Below, piece by piece: positions 1-9,725 of a DNA stretch of 64,000 nucleotides. The stretch is taken from NCBI GenBank assembly GCA_051744345.1, contig JBNJCW010000001.1, forward strand, positions 9,498 through 73,497, read 5' to 3'. The notes below the pieces were generated by a model, which was given only the letters and a program-made list of their open reading frames with translations, made no database searches and was not told the origin of the DNA. The first letter of the stretch is position 1; the number at the start of each line of letters is the position of its first letter. The position numbers and the translations under genes were made by a program. The DNA comes from Actinomycetota bacterium. Its GTDB lineage: Bacteria; Actinomycetota; Humimicrobiia; Humimicrobiales; Humimicrobiaceae.

Positions 1-750
1 GAAACCGCGGTTAGAATGCTTGATGCAAAGGGAGCGCCTACAGGTGAAATGCCGGTGGTGATAGGCCCGGCTTTCGGGGGAGTAATTTTCCACGAAGCAT
101 GCGGCCATGGCCTTGAGGCTGACGCGGTACTGAAGGATGCCTCTGTTTTTAAAGGCAGGGTTGGCCAAAAGATAGCCTCGGATCTGGTTACGGCTGTAGA
201 TGACGGGTCAATGGAAGGGCATTGGGGCTCGTACGGTTTTGATGATGAAGGCTGTCCTCCTTCCAGGACTGTGCTTATAGAGGAGGGGAAGCTTTGCGGC
301 TACATGCATGACCTTAAATCCTCACATAAGTTAAACCAAAAGCAAACAGGCAATGGAAGAAGGCAATCGTACCGTTATCTGCCTTATCCCAGGATGAGCA
401 ATACATATATAGCCAACGGAAAACAGGAACCTGAAGATATAATAAAATCAGTGAACAGGGGAATTTATGCCAAGGAATTTGCAGGCGGCGCAGTCGATCC
501 GGCAACAGGGGACTTTGTGTTTGGCATAAGTGAAGGCTATATTATAGAGAATGGAAAAATAGGTTTCCCTATAAAGGGAGCTACCCTGATAGGCAATGGG
601 CCTAATGTGCTTAAAAAAATAGAGGCGGTGGGCAATGATTTGGATTTTGCCCCCGGATTTTGCGGCAAAAACGGCCAGTCTCTTTCCAATGAGGTGGGCC
701 AGCCTACCATAAAGGTTAGCCGGATTACCATAGGAGGTACAGAAATTTAA
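1..750 (+). CDS. tldD: Metalloprotease TldD, C-terminal part (N-terminus lies upstream of the window)
   Basis: Frame 1 is open from position 1. The HEACGHGLE zinc-binding motif and a TldD/PmbA-type C-terminal region are present. It is followed directly by pmbA. Confidence 0.85.
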   Translation, partial: ETAVRMLDAKGAPTGEMPVVIGPAFGGVIFHEACGHGLEADAVLKDASVFKGRVGQKIASDLVTAVDDGSMEGHWGSYGFDDEGCPPSRTVLIEEGKLCGYMHDLKSSHKLNQKQTGNGRRQSYRYLPYPRMSNTYIANGKQEPEDIIKSVNRGIYAKEFAGGAVDPATGDFVFGISEGYIIENGKIGFPIKGATLIGNGPNVLKKIEAVGNDLDFAPGFCGKNGQSLSNEVGQPTIKVSRITIGGTEI

Positions 751-2123
751 TGGCTGATAGTCTTGAGAAGGTAATAAAAAAGACAGCTGGCAAGATAAGC
801 AGAAGCCAGGCTGATGAGTATGAAATTTTTGGCATATCTTCAACTGAAACAGAGATTGAGGTATACGAAGGAGAAATTGAATCTCTATCATTATCTGATT
901 CCAGGGGAATTGGAATAAGGGTTATAAAGGAAGGGGCTGTAGGGTATGCTTTCACTTCTTCATTGGGGGAGAGGGATATTAGTGAATGTATAGATAAAGC
1001 GGTAACCAATGCTAAAGTTACCAGCAGGGAAGATTTAAACCTTTTGCCCAAACCGGAGGATTATTTATATAAGGATAAGCCTATTGAAGGAAACCATTTA
1101 TATGATGAACAGTTCAGCAGGTATTCTGTTGAAGATAAGGGTGACGCTGCCAAGGAACTTGAATCCATAACTCTGGGAAAAGATAAAAGAATAACCGGCG
1201 TAAACAACCTCTCTTACCACGATATGGATGTAGGCATTAATCTCTTTAACTCCATAGGTTTTAATGACGGGTACAGGAAAAGCTCATGCTTTATGTATGT
1301 AAATGCAATATCCAAGGAAAAAGAGGATACTTCTACCGGAGACTATTTTGGTTTCGGCAGGCACCTTGGTGAAATAAACCCCGAAGAGATTGCTGAAAAT
1401 GCAGCCAGAAGGTCTGTTTCGCTGCTGGGGGCAAAGAAGATTAAATCTAAAAAGGTGGACATTTTACTGGATCCCATGGTGGGAGCACAGTTTATGGGGG
1501 TTGTTGCTGATGCCCTGACTGCGGACGCAGTACAGAAGGGGAAATCTTTGTTTAAGGGGATGAGGGGTGAAAAATTAATCTCTACTGATTTAGATATATT
1601 TGATGACGGAATAATGCCCGGCGGCCTGGCGACAGCCCCGTTTGACGGCGAGGGGGTATACAAGGGAAAGACAGCAGTATTTAAAAATGGGATACTGGAT
1701 ACCTTTCTCTACAACACCTATACAGCGCGAAAAGACGGAACCAAGTCTACAGGCAATGCCAGCCGCTTCTCTTACCGATCTGTTCCTTCTGTAGGAATAA
1801 ATAATTTCTATATAAGCCCCGGAAAGAAAAGCTTTAGAGAGCTTGTCTCAAGCATAGATGAAGGTTTTTTTGTAATAGACATAATAGGCCTGCATTCCGG
1901 GGCCAATTCCATAACCGGGGACATAAGTGTAGGGGCAAAAGGGATTTGGATAGAAAACGGAGACCTGTCCTTTCCGGTAAAAGAGGTAACCATAGCCACT
2001 GATTTTAGTAGCTTTCTTAATAATATTACCGATGTAGGAGATAGCTTAAGGTTCATTCCCTCGGGGGGATTTATAGGAAGCCCCGCACTGCTGGTAAGGG
2101 AAGTAATGGTAAGCGGAGTCTAG
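750..2123 (+). CDS. pmbA: PmbA/TldE family metalloprotease modulator
   Basis: 457 aa with TldD/PmbA-family sequence features and a glycine-rich C-terminal region. Its ATG overlaps the tldD stop (taATGg), indicating an operon with tldD. Confidence 0.8.
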   Translation: MADSLEKVIKKTAGKISRSQADEYEIFGISSTETEIEVYEGEIESLSLSDSRGIGIRVIKEGAVGYAFTSSLGERDISECIDKAVTNAKVTSREDLNLLPKPEDYLYKDKPIEGNHLYDEQFSRYSVEDKGDAAKELESITLGKDKRITGVNNLSYHDMDVGINLFNSIGFNDGYRKSSCFMYVNAISKEKEDTSTGDYFGFGRHLGEINPEEIAENAARRSVSLLGAKKIKSKKVDILLDPMVGAQFMGVVADALTADAVQKGKSLFKGMRGEKLISTDLDIFDDGIMPGGLATAPFDGEGVYKGKTAVFKNGILDTFLYNTYTARKDGTKSTGNASRFSYRSVPSVGINNFYISPGKKSFRELVSSIDEGFFVIDIIGLHSGANSITGDISVGAKGIWIENGDLSFPVKEVTIATDFSSFLNNITDVGDSLRFIPSGGFIGSPALLVREVMVSGV

Positions 2124-2614
2124 GCCGCTATTATAAAGTTCACATAGCCTACCGTCTGGAAGATTACGGTTACAATTATTCCGGCTATCATCACTCCTAT
2201 GGCTATATCCAGGAGCGCTTTTCTGGGCGGAATTCCAAAAACAAATGAAATTAATGCGCCGGTCCAACCGCCGGTGACAGGAAGGGGTATGCAAACAAAG
2301 CCGATCAGGGCATAGCCGGTGTATTTTTCAAACCTTTTGTAATGTTTTTTTCTGGTCCGGTTGAAAAGCCAGGTAAAAAAACGGTCAAAGATTTTGAATT
2401 TTCTCATAAGGAATCTGGATACCGGTTCCAGTATCCAGATAATAAGCACAACTGGAACCATGTTTCCCAGTACAGAAATTATATAGGTTTCCACAATACC
2501 CATCTTATAGGTCCCCAGGGCGATAGGTATTGATGCCCTGAGCTCGCCTACAGGGAGCATGGCGGTGAAAAAAGTAGCTAACTGATAGGACAGGTTGGAA
2601 AAAGAAAGATCCAT
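2120..2614 (-). CDS. Small polytopic membrane protein, putative small multidrug export (COG2426-like) family
   Basis: 164 aa, four or more hydrophobic helices, PVGELRASIPIALG motif typical of COG2426/Sm_multidrug_ex proteins (recalled from memory). Convergent with pmbA. Confidence 0.45.
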   Translation of the reverse strand: MDLSFSNLSYQLATFFTAMLPVGELRASIPIALGTYKMGIVETYIISVLGNMVPVVLIIWILEPVSRFLMRKFKIFDRFFTWLFNRTRKKHYKRFEKYTGYALIGFVCIPLPVTGGWTGALISFVFGIPPRKALLDIAIGVMIAGIIVTVIFQTVGYVNFIIAA

Positions 2615-2690
2615 AATCTTTTAAATTTTATAGTTTTTATGTTAATATTTTCAAAGTATTTTTTAAAAAGACGGTTTACAATTATATAAG

Positions 2691-3539
2691 TTGCTTATAA
2701 TACAGTCAATAATTTTAGGAATAATCCAAGGAATCACAGAATTTTTCCCCATAAGCAGCTCTGGCCACCTGGTTGTTCTCCCCTTTATATTCAGATGGGA
2801 TTATATTCCCCTCTATTTTACAGTAACTGTACATTTCGGGACCCTTATAGCTATACTTGCTGTGTTTTACAGGGACATATACAATATATTAAAATCATTC
2901 GTAATGGCTGTGATTTTACCCAGGAGAAAAGACAGGCAAAGTTTGATGCTGGGTGTATTTATAATCATTGGAAGCATACCTGCGGCAGTTGCGGGGTTTT
3001 TAATAGCAGATATTGCTGAGAGGTTTTTTTCTAATCCGGTGATGGTTGCCTTTTTCCTTCTGCTGACTGCTTTCCTGCTGTGGACAGGAGAGGCCGTGTC
3101 TAAGAGGAGGGAAAAGCCCAACCAAACCGCAGCTTCGGTAACAAGCTCGGAGCTAAACTATGCCAGAGCATTTATCATAGGGATAGGGCAGGCCCTGGCT
3201 GTATTTCCGGGAGTATCCCGGTCAGGAGCAACCATATCCTTTGGAAGGTATGTGGGGATGGACAGGAAACAGAGTGTTAGGTTTTCATTCCTGCTGTCTG
3301 TTCCGGTAATATTAGGGTCATTTGTTTTTGAAATATACAGGCAGTGGGCGGTAATAAACGAAGGAGGGGCCGATACAGCAGTTTTCCTTTCCCTGGGATT
3401 TATTTTTTCTTTTTTAGCCGGCTTTTTTGCTATAAAATTTATGCTGAGGCTGGTTGAGAAAAAGAACTTAAACGTGTTTGCCGTATATTGCGTATGTCTG
3501 TCAGCATTGCTTTTTATCTTATATTTTATAAATAAATAA
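2691..3539 (+). CDS. uppP: Undecaprenyl-diphosphatase UppP (BacA)
   Basis: GITEFFPISSSGHL signature, multi-TM protein of 282 aa with a TTG start. Confidence 0.85.
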   Translation: MLIIQSIILGIIQGITEFFPISSSGHLVVLPFIFRWDYIPLYFTVTVHFGTLIAILAVFYRDIYNILKSFVMAVILPRRKDRQSLMLGVFIIIGSIPAAVAGFLIADIAERFFSNPVMVAFFLLLTAFLLWTGEAVSKRREKPNQTAASVTSSELNYARAFIIGIGQALAVFPGVSRSGATISFGRYVGMDRKQSVRFSFLLSVPVILGSFVFEIYRQWAVINEGGADTAVFLSLGFIFSFLAGFFAIKFMLRLVEKKNLNVFAVYCVCLSALLFILYFINK

Positions 3540-3560
3540 TACAGGGAGGATTTGTTAAAC

Positions 3561-4292
3561 ATGAAAGGTGTAATATTAGCCGGAGGGTTAGGAACAAGGT
3601 TGTGGCCATGCACCAAGGTTACCAATAAACACCTGCTGCCCGTCTATGATAAACCTATGATCTATTATCCCCTGGAAACAATGGTCAGTTCAGGGCTTAA
3701 AGACATAATGATTGTTACCGGCGGCAATTATGCCGGAGATTTTTTAAGGCTTCTGGGAAACGGCAGCGAATTTGGCTTAAAGGATATCAGCTATACCTAC
3801 CAGGAGGGAGAAGGCGGGATAGCCGATGCTCTGAAGCTGGCTGAAAACTTTGTAGATAAGGATAAGGTGTTTGTGATGCTGGGCGATAATATAATTGAAG
3901 ATGATATCAGGCCGTTTATAGAGGAATTTGAGGCAAAAGACAGGGGAGCCCATATATTCCTGAAAGAAGTGGCCGATCCCCAGAGGTTCGGAGTAGCTGA
4001 AGTTGAGGGGGGAAAGGTCATAAACATTGAAGAAAAGCCCCAAAAACCCAAAAGCAATTATGCGGTTACCGGGCTATACATGTACGATAATGAGGTTTTT
4101 GACATCATAGGGAAGCTCAAACCTTCTGACAGGGGAGAGTATGAAATTACAGACGTTAACAATCATTATATAAAAAACGGGACAATGACCTGCACCATTC
4201 TTAAGGGATGGTGGACAGATGCAGGCACATTTGAATCCCTTTACAGGGCCAGCAAGCTGGTTACTGAGAAGTTAAAGGAAAAAAACAGCTAG
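3561..4292 (+). CDS. Sugar-phosphate nucleotidyltransferase (short RmlA/glucose-1-phosphate thymidylyltransferase-like)
   Basis: GGLGTRLWPCT N-terminal nucleotidyltransferase motif. AGGGAGG RBS lies 11 nt upstream of the ATG at 3561. The ORF track's TTG at 3552 is too close to the RBS. Confidence 0.7.
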   Translation: MKGVILAGGLGTRLWPCTKVTNKHLLPVYDKPMIYYPLETMVSSGLKDIMIVTGGNYAGDFLRLLGNGSEFGLKDISYTYQEGEGGIADALKLAENFVDKDKVFVMLGDNIIEDDIRPFIEEFEAKDRGAHIFLKEVADPQRFGVAEVEGGKVINIEEKPQKPKSNYAVTGLYMYDNEVFDIIGKLKPSDRGEYEITDVNNHYIKNGTMTCTILKGWWTDAGTFESLYRASKLVTEKLKEKNS

Positions 4293-4480
4293 ACCTGTAT
4301 TATATTGTCTGATTTGCAAAAATAACATTTTTTTATAGTAAAATTCGATTCCCATCTCTTGTCCGAAATATTATAGGACCAGCTGTATTCATGGTCCTGC
4401 CTGGTGATTTCGGCAGTGCCTTTTTCAGAAGCAATCCCTTCGAACTTTTCGGTATTCCCGCAGTTAGTGCATTTATACAT
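4289..4480 (-). CDS. Small zinc-ribbon protein (two CxxC pairs), function unknown
   Basis: 63 aa with CTNCG...CYFCK, and a GGGAG RBS 6 nt upstream of the ATG. Its stop overlaps the convergent nucleotidyltransferase stop (CTAG). Confidence 0.4.
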   Translation of the reverse strand: MYKCTNCGNTEKFEGIASEKGTAEITRQDHEYSWSYNISDKRWESNFTIKKCYFCKSDNIIQV

Positions 4481-4567
4481 TGTACTCCCTTCTGTTATTA
4501 TCAGTTATTATGGCATATTATAGTATAAATTAGTTATAATTTAAATGATTTTAAAAAAAATATCTGT

Positions 4568-4596
4568 TTGACTTAAAAAAATCGCTTTGTTAATAT
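4568..4596 (+). promoter_or_regulatory. Sigma70-type promoter TTGACT-17-TAATAT upstream of the 80-aa ORF
   Basis: -35 TTGACT at 4568-4573, a 17-nt spacer, and -10 TAATAT at 4591-4596. A GGAAG RBS precedes the ATG at 4630. Confidence 0.5.
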
Positions 4597-4629
4597 TTTT
4601 CTATCTCAACATATTGGAAGACATATAAT

Positions 4630-4872
4630 ATGAAGGTAGACAGCAATAAGGTAAGGGTTAAGATTAAGACAGAATCCTTTATCGTAAAGGGAAATGTACA
4701 TACCATGGCTGGAGCCAGGCTAAGTGATTATATGACTACCCATGTAAATAAATTTATTCCCGTGACCGAAGCAGAAGTTATTTCCATTGATCCAAGGATA
4801 GATGAGGAAGCAGAGAAAAGGGAGGTAGTTTTTATAAATGTTGAGAAGATTGAAATGATAGAATATCTTTAA
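4630..4872 (+). CDS. Hypothetical 80-aa protein (possibly a small beta-rich regulator)
   Basis: Intact ORF with a strong promoter and RBS. No family recognised from memory. Confidence 0.5.
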   Translation: MKVDSNKVRVKIKTESFIVKGNVHTMAGARLSDYMTTHVNKFIPVTEAEVISIDPRIDEEAEKREVVFINVEKIEMIEYL

Positions 4873-4901
4873 TTGTTTAAAGGAACCAGAAAGGAAGACC
4901 C

Positions 4902-5225
4902 ATGGCAGATATTACCCAGCTAAGTGATTTAAACTTCGATCAGGAGGTATTACAATCAGATTTACCGGTTTTGGTGGATTTTTGGGCTGTTTGGTGCGGA
5001 CCCTGCAAGATGGTAGCTCCCGAAATTGAAAAATTGGCTGATGAAAAGAATGATGTATTAAAGTTTGCTAAACTCAACGTAGATGAAAACAGGGATACCG
5101 CAATAAAATACGGCATCAGCAGCATACCTACGCTATTGCTTTTTAAGGACGGAAAAGTGGCGAAGAAATTGGTGGGCGCTATGTCTAAAGATAAAATCAT
5201 GAATGAGATTTCATCATTTATTTGA
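4902..5225 (+). CDS. trxA: Thioredoxin
   Basis: WAVWCGPCK active site in a 107-aa protein. Confidence 0.9.
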   Translation: MADITQLSDLNFDQEVLQSDLPVLVDFWAVWCGPCKMVAPEIEKLADEKNDVLKFAKLNVDENRDTAIKYGISSIPTLLLFKDGKVAKKLVGAMSKDKIMNEISSFI

Positions 5226-6025
5226 TGGGAAAACTTTTTATAGGCACTTCCGGTTATAAATACAGCGACTGGGAGGAAGAATATTATCCTGGAGGGTTGG
5301 ACGAGAGAAAATTACTCAATTATTACAGCAGGGACTTTAATACAGTAGAGATTAATTTCACCTATTATTCTCTCCCCAACCCTTCTATTTTCCAAAATAT
5401 GGCTAAAAAGGTCGGCCATGATTTCATCTTTTCGGTAAAGGCCCCAGGCTCGGTTACGCACAGCAGAAAATACAAGCAAAAAGATATAGAAATATTCCTT
5501 GATTCTTTGCAGTTACTTTCAGAAAGCGGGCGGTTGGGCTGCATTTTGATGCAATTTCCCTGGTCTTTTAAATACAGCAGCCCAAATGTCGACTATCTCC
5601 TAAATGCAGGCAAGCTTTTTTCCGGTTACAATACCGTGGTTGAATTCAGGAACAGCAGCTGGGTAAATAGATCCTGTTTAAAACTGCTGCATGAAAACAA
5701 TATTTCCTTCTGTAATGTGGATGAGCCCCAAATCAAGGGGCTTCTGCCGCCTACAGGTATCAGTACCGCCCGGACCGGGTATATAAGGTTCCACGGGCGG
5801 AATTCTTCCCACTGGTGGAACCCTGAACATTCATACCAGAGATACGACTATTCCTACAGCCGGGAAGAACTTTCGGAATGGATTCCACGAATAAAGAAGA
5901 TAGCTGCGTCCACAGAACAGACATTCATCTATTTCAATAACCACTATAAGGCCAAAGCCGTAAAATCTGCTAAAAGACTGATTGGGCTTCTGGAAGATTA
6001 CCAGATTATTACTTCACAAAATTAG
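5222..6025 (+). CDS. DUF72 (YecE-like) family protein
   Basis: IGTSGYKYSDWEEEYYP N-terminus characteristic of DUF72. Length 267 aa. Confidence 0.8.
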   Translation: MMGKLFIGTSGYKYSDWEEEYYPGGLDERKLLNYYSRDFNTVEINFTYYSLPNPSIFQNMAKKVGHDFIFSVKAPGSVTHSRKYKQKDIEIFLDSLQLLSESGRLGCILMQFPWSFKYSSPNVDYLLNAGKLFSGYNTVVEFRNSSWVNRSCLKLLHENNISFCNVDEPQIKGLLPPTGISTARTGYIRFHGRNSSHWWNPEHSYQRYDYSYSREELSEWIPRIKKIAASTEQTFIYFNNHYKAKAVKSAKRLIGLLEDYQIITSQN

Positions 6026-6086
6026 GGTAATTATATAAAATCTACTAAGCGGTTTTGGAACTGAATAATTTTTAAGGATAGAGGAT

Positions 6087-9000
6087 TTGGCCATGTTTGA
6101 TAAAGTAGAAGGAAAAGTTAATCTGGTCCAGCTTGAAGAGAAGATACTGGACTTCTGGAGGCAGAATAAGGTTTTTGAAAAAAGCCTGGAGAAAAACAGG
6201 GGCAAAGAGAAATTTGTTTTTTATGAAGGCCCGCCTACAGCAAACGGCGCCCCCGGCGTACACCACGTCCTTTCCAGGGTATTTAAGGATATTTTTCCCA
6301 GGTATAAAACCATGAAAGGTTTCCATGTTCCCAGGAAGGCAGGATGGGATACCCACGGGCTGCCGGTGGAGCTGGAGATTGAGAAAAAGCTTAATATTAA
6401 TTCAAAAAAAGAGATAGAAGAAATAGGCATAGAGAAGTTTAACAAGCTTTGCAAAGAAAGCGTGATGCGTTATGAAGAAGACTGGAAGAAAATGACCGAA
6501 AGGATTGGCTTCTGGATCGACATGGACAATGCCTACTTCACTTTTACAAATGATTATATTGAGAGTGTATGGTGGATACTGAAATCCATATGGGAGAAAG
6601 ATCTGCTGTATCAGGACCATAAAATTGTCCCCTATTGCCCCAGATGCGGAACAGCCTTATCCTCCCATGAGATAGCGCTGGGCTACAAGGAGGTAGAAGA
6701 TAAGACCATAATTGTAAAGTTTGCTTTAAGCGGAAGAAAAAATACTTATCTTTTGGTCTGGACCACTACCCCCTGGACACTTATCTCCAATGTAGCCTGT
6801 GCGGTAAATGAGGCTGCAGCATATGTTGAGGTGGAGTTTGAAGGCCAGAATTTGATATTGGCCAAGGAACTTTTAGGAAATGTTTTCAGCGAAGATGACA
6901 GGTATAAGGTTAAACAGGAGATTAAAGGAAGCAGCCTGGCCGGCAGCACGTATGAGCCGGTATACGATTATGCCGGCCCAAACCAGGGGGCATATAAAGT
7001 GGTAATCGGAGACTTTGTATCAACCGGGGAAGGAACCGGCATTGTCCATATTGCGCCCGCTTTTGGTGAAGATGACATGAATGTGGGCAAGAAATACAAT
7101 CTGCCGGTGGTACAGATGGTAGACGAAGACGGCAAATTTAAACAGCAAGTCAAAAAATTCAGGGGCCAGCAGATTGAAGAGTCAAACCCCCTTATAGTCC
7201 AGGACCTGAAAGAAAGGGGACTTCTTTTTAGTTTTGAAAGGTACAAGCATTCATACCCCTTCTGCTGGAGGTGTGATAGGAGGCTTATATACTATGCCAA
7301 AAAAAGCTGGTATATAAAAACATCAGACATAAAAGAGGATTTAATTAAATCAAATGATCAGGTTAACTGGTATCCCCAGCATATAAAGCATGGCAGGTTC
7401 GGCAAATGGCTGGAAAATAATATTGACTGGGCACTTACCAGGGAAAGGTACTGGGGAACCCCGCTTCCCATATGGGAAGATTCAAAGGGGCACCGCCAGT
7501 GCATTGGGAGCATCCAGGAGCTGAAAGATAAATCAGTACAGGAATTTAACCACCTAGACCTGCACAGGCCGTATGTGGATCAGATAGAAATCAGATGCGA
7601 TAAGTGCGGGGAGAGCATGCACAGGGTTTCAGAGGTGATTGATGTATGGTTCGATTCCGGATCTATGCCCTATGCCCAGTTTAATTACCCTTTCCAGAAC
7701 AGGCAGCTGTTTAAAGAGAGCTTTCCAGCCGACTTTATTTGTGAAGCCATAGACCAGACCAGGGGATGGTTTTATACCCTGCTGGCTATATCTACCCTTC
7801 TGTTTAAAAAATCCTGTTACAAGAATGTATTATGCCTGGGCCTTATAAATGATGAGCACGGCCAGAAAATGAGCAAGTCAAGGGGCAATATAGTAAAGCC
7901 GTGGGAAGTTTTAAATAAGCAGGGAGCAGATGCATTAAGGTGGTATTTCTTTACTGCTGTCTCACCCTGGCTTCCCAAAAACTTCTCCAAGAAAGCTGTA
8001 GATGAAGTGATAAGGAAGTTTTTATTAACTTTATGGAACGTCTATTCATTCTTTGTGATTTATGCAAATATAGATAATTTTAATCCTGATGAGCACAGTA
8101 TAGAGGTAAGCGGCAGGTACGAGATTGACCGGTGGATTATATCCGAGCTAAACCAGACTATAGCAGAAGTAAACAGGCTGATGGATGATTTCAATGTTAC
8201 TGACAGCGGAAGGAAGATACAGAATTTCGTGGATGATCTTTCCAACTGGTATGTAAGGAGAAGCAGGAGAAGATTCTGGAAAAGCGGGGAGGATAAGGAT
8301 AAGATAAGCGCTTACCTGACCCTGTATGAATGCCTGGTAACAGTTTCCAAGCTATGCGCTCCGTATATCCCTTTCATGAGTGAGGAAATATACAAAAATC
8401 TTGTATCAGGAATAAACAAAGAGAAGATAAGCGTGCATCTTGAGGATTACCCCCGGGCAGATGAATCACTTATAGACAAGGATTTGAGTTTTAAAATGTC
8501 TGTGGCAAGGGATATCGTTGGATTGGGAAGAACCATAAGAAATAAGATAAACATTAAGACCAGACAGCCCCTTCAGGCAGCAAAGGTTTACTTTGACTCC
8601 GATGAGCGCATAAGCCAGGCTATCGATCATTTTAAAGGGATCATAAAGGAAGAGCTGAACATAAAAAAGATAGAAATACTGGAAAACAGGGAAGAGCTGG
8701 TTACTTACGACATTAAGCCGAACCTTAAGCTGGTAGGTCCAAAATACGGGCCTATGCTGCCTAAAATAAGGGAGAAGCTGGATGAGGCAAATCCGGCCGT
8801 AATAGCCCTTAAAGTCAGTAACCATAAAAAGGTATCCATGGCTGTGGATGGCAGGCATATAGACCTTGAGCCTGAAGAAATACTGGTAGAGGCCGTAAAT
8901 AAGGACGGTTATGCGATTGAAAGCGATTCGGTATTTACCATAGGAATACCCATCCAAATCCCGGAGGAATTACTGGAGGAAGGGTTTATAAGGGAATTCG

Positions 9001-9242
9001 TGCACCAGGTCCAGAACCTGCGCAAGGAAGCGGATTTTGAGATTGAAAACACCATAAATATCTATTTGGAATGCGGAGAAAGGGAGAAAAACCTTATAGA
9101 GAAGTTTAAGGATTTTATAAGAAAGGAAACCTTGACTGAGAGTTTAAACTTTAAGCCTAAAAACGATATATTTAAACGGGAGGTTGAGGTTGACGGCTCA
9201 ACCATAAAGGTAGCATTAGAGGTAGCCGGGAGCATTGTGTAA
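6087..9242 (+). CDS. ileS: Isoleucyl-tRNA synthetase, type 2 (long, eukaryote/archaeal-like form)
   Basis: 1051 aa with PPTANG...FPRYKTMKG, KMSKS, a CPRCG zinc motif and an anticodon-binding C-terminus. No T-box-sized leader: the 62-nt intergenic region is too short. Confidence 0.95.
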   Translation: MAMFDKVEGKVNLVQLEEKILDFWRQNKVFEKSLEKNRGKEKFVFYEGPPTANGAPGVHHVLSRVFKDIFPRYKTMKGFHVPRKAGWDTHGLPVELEIEKKLNINSKKEIEEIGIEKFNKLCKESVMRYEEDWKKMTERIGFWIDMDNAYFTFTNDYIESVWWILKSIWEKDLLYQDHKIVPYCPRCGTALSSHEIALGYKEVEDKTIIVKFALSGRKNTYLLVWTTTPWTLISNVACAVNEAAAYVEVEFEGQNLILAKELLGNVFSEDDRYKVKQEIKGSSLAGSTYEPVYDYAGPNQGAYKVVIGDFVSTGEGTGIVHIAPAFGEDDMNVGKKYNLPVVQMVDEDGKFKQQVKKFRGQQIEESNPLIVQDLKERGLLFSFERYKHSYPFCWRCDRRLIYYAKKSWYIKTSDIKEDLIKSNDQVNWYPQHIKHGRFGKWLENNIDWALTRERYWGTPLPIWEDSKGHRQCIGSIQELKDKSVQEFNHLDLHRPYVDQIEIRCDKCGESMHRVSEVIDVWFDSGSMPYAQFNYPFQNRQLFKESFPADFICEAIDQTRGWFYTLLAISTLLFKKSCYKNVLCLGLINDEHGQKMSKSRGNIVKPWEVLNKQGADALRWYFFTAVSPWLPKNFSKKAVDEVIRKFLLTLWNVYSFFVIYANIDNFNPDEHSIEVSGRYEIDRWIISELNQTIAEVNRLMDDFNVTDSGRKIQNFVDDLSNWYVRRSRRRFWKSGEDKDKISAYLTLYECLVTVSKLCAPYIPFMSEEIYKNLVSGINKEKISVHLEDYPRADESLIDKDLSFKMSVARDIVGLGRTIRNKINIKTRQPLQAAKVYFDSDERISQAIDHFKGIIKEELNIKKIEILENREELVTYDIKPNLKLVGPKYGPMLPKIREKLDEANPAVIALKVSNHKKVSMAVDGRHIDLEPEEILVEAVNKDGYAIESDSVFTIGIPIQIPEELLEEGFIREFVHQVQNLRKEADFEIENTINIYLECGEREKNLIEKFKDFIRKETLTESLNFKPKNDIFKREVEVDGSTIKVALEVAGSIV

Positions 9243-9725
9243 ATGAAGTCAGCTAAATTAATGAACCTTATTTTTTTCCTTACGGCAGCAATGATACTGG
9301 TCATGGACCAGTATACCAAGAGCTGGATAAAATCAACCCTGCCGGCTTCGAATTCGATGGAGGTTTTTCCTAATTTATTATACATAACCCATGTAAAAAA
9401 TACGGGCGCAGCTTTCGGCCTCTTCCAGGAAGGCACAACAGTTTTAACCATTATTTCAATGGTGGCAATTGTCCTGATTGTGATAATAAAAATTATGGTA
9501 AAGCTGAACTCCTATTTCTTTAATATTTCACTGGGCCTTATATTGGGCGGCGCCCTGGGAAATCTAATTGACCGTTTTTTTATTGGAGAAGTTACCGATT
9601 TTATCCATTTTGTTTACTTTCCGGTATTCAATGTAGCCGACAGCTCCATAGTTGTGGGCTTTATAATTGTAATCATTCTGCTTTTCAGGGAATTTTTTAA
9701 AAAAAGCGATACTGCAAGTAATTGA
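9243..9725 (+). CDS. lspA: Lipoprotein signal peptidase (signal peptidase II)
   Basis: NTGAAFG and FNVADSSI motifs in a 160-aa membrane protein. The ATG overlaps the ileS stop. Confidence 0.85.
   Translation: MKSAKLMNLIFFLTAAMILVMDQYTKSWIKSTLPASNSMEVFPNLLYITHVKNTGAAFGLFQEGTTVLTIISMVAIVLIVIIKIMVKLNSYFFNISLGLILGGALGNLIDRFFIGEVTDFIHFVYFPVFNVADSSIVVGFIIVIILLFREFFKKSDTASN

Noticed and set aside
4343-4351. TTCGATTCC T-loop-like motif.
   Set aside because: It lies inside the 63-aa ORF and lacks the GG and a cloverleaf context. It is not a tRNA.
7648-7658. tRNA T-loop-like GGTTCGATTCC inside ileS.
   Set aside because: It encodes the conserved VWFDSG peptide of IleS. No acceptor or anticodon stems are present around it.
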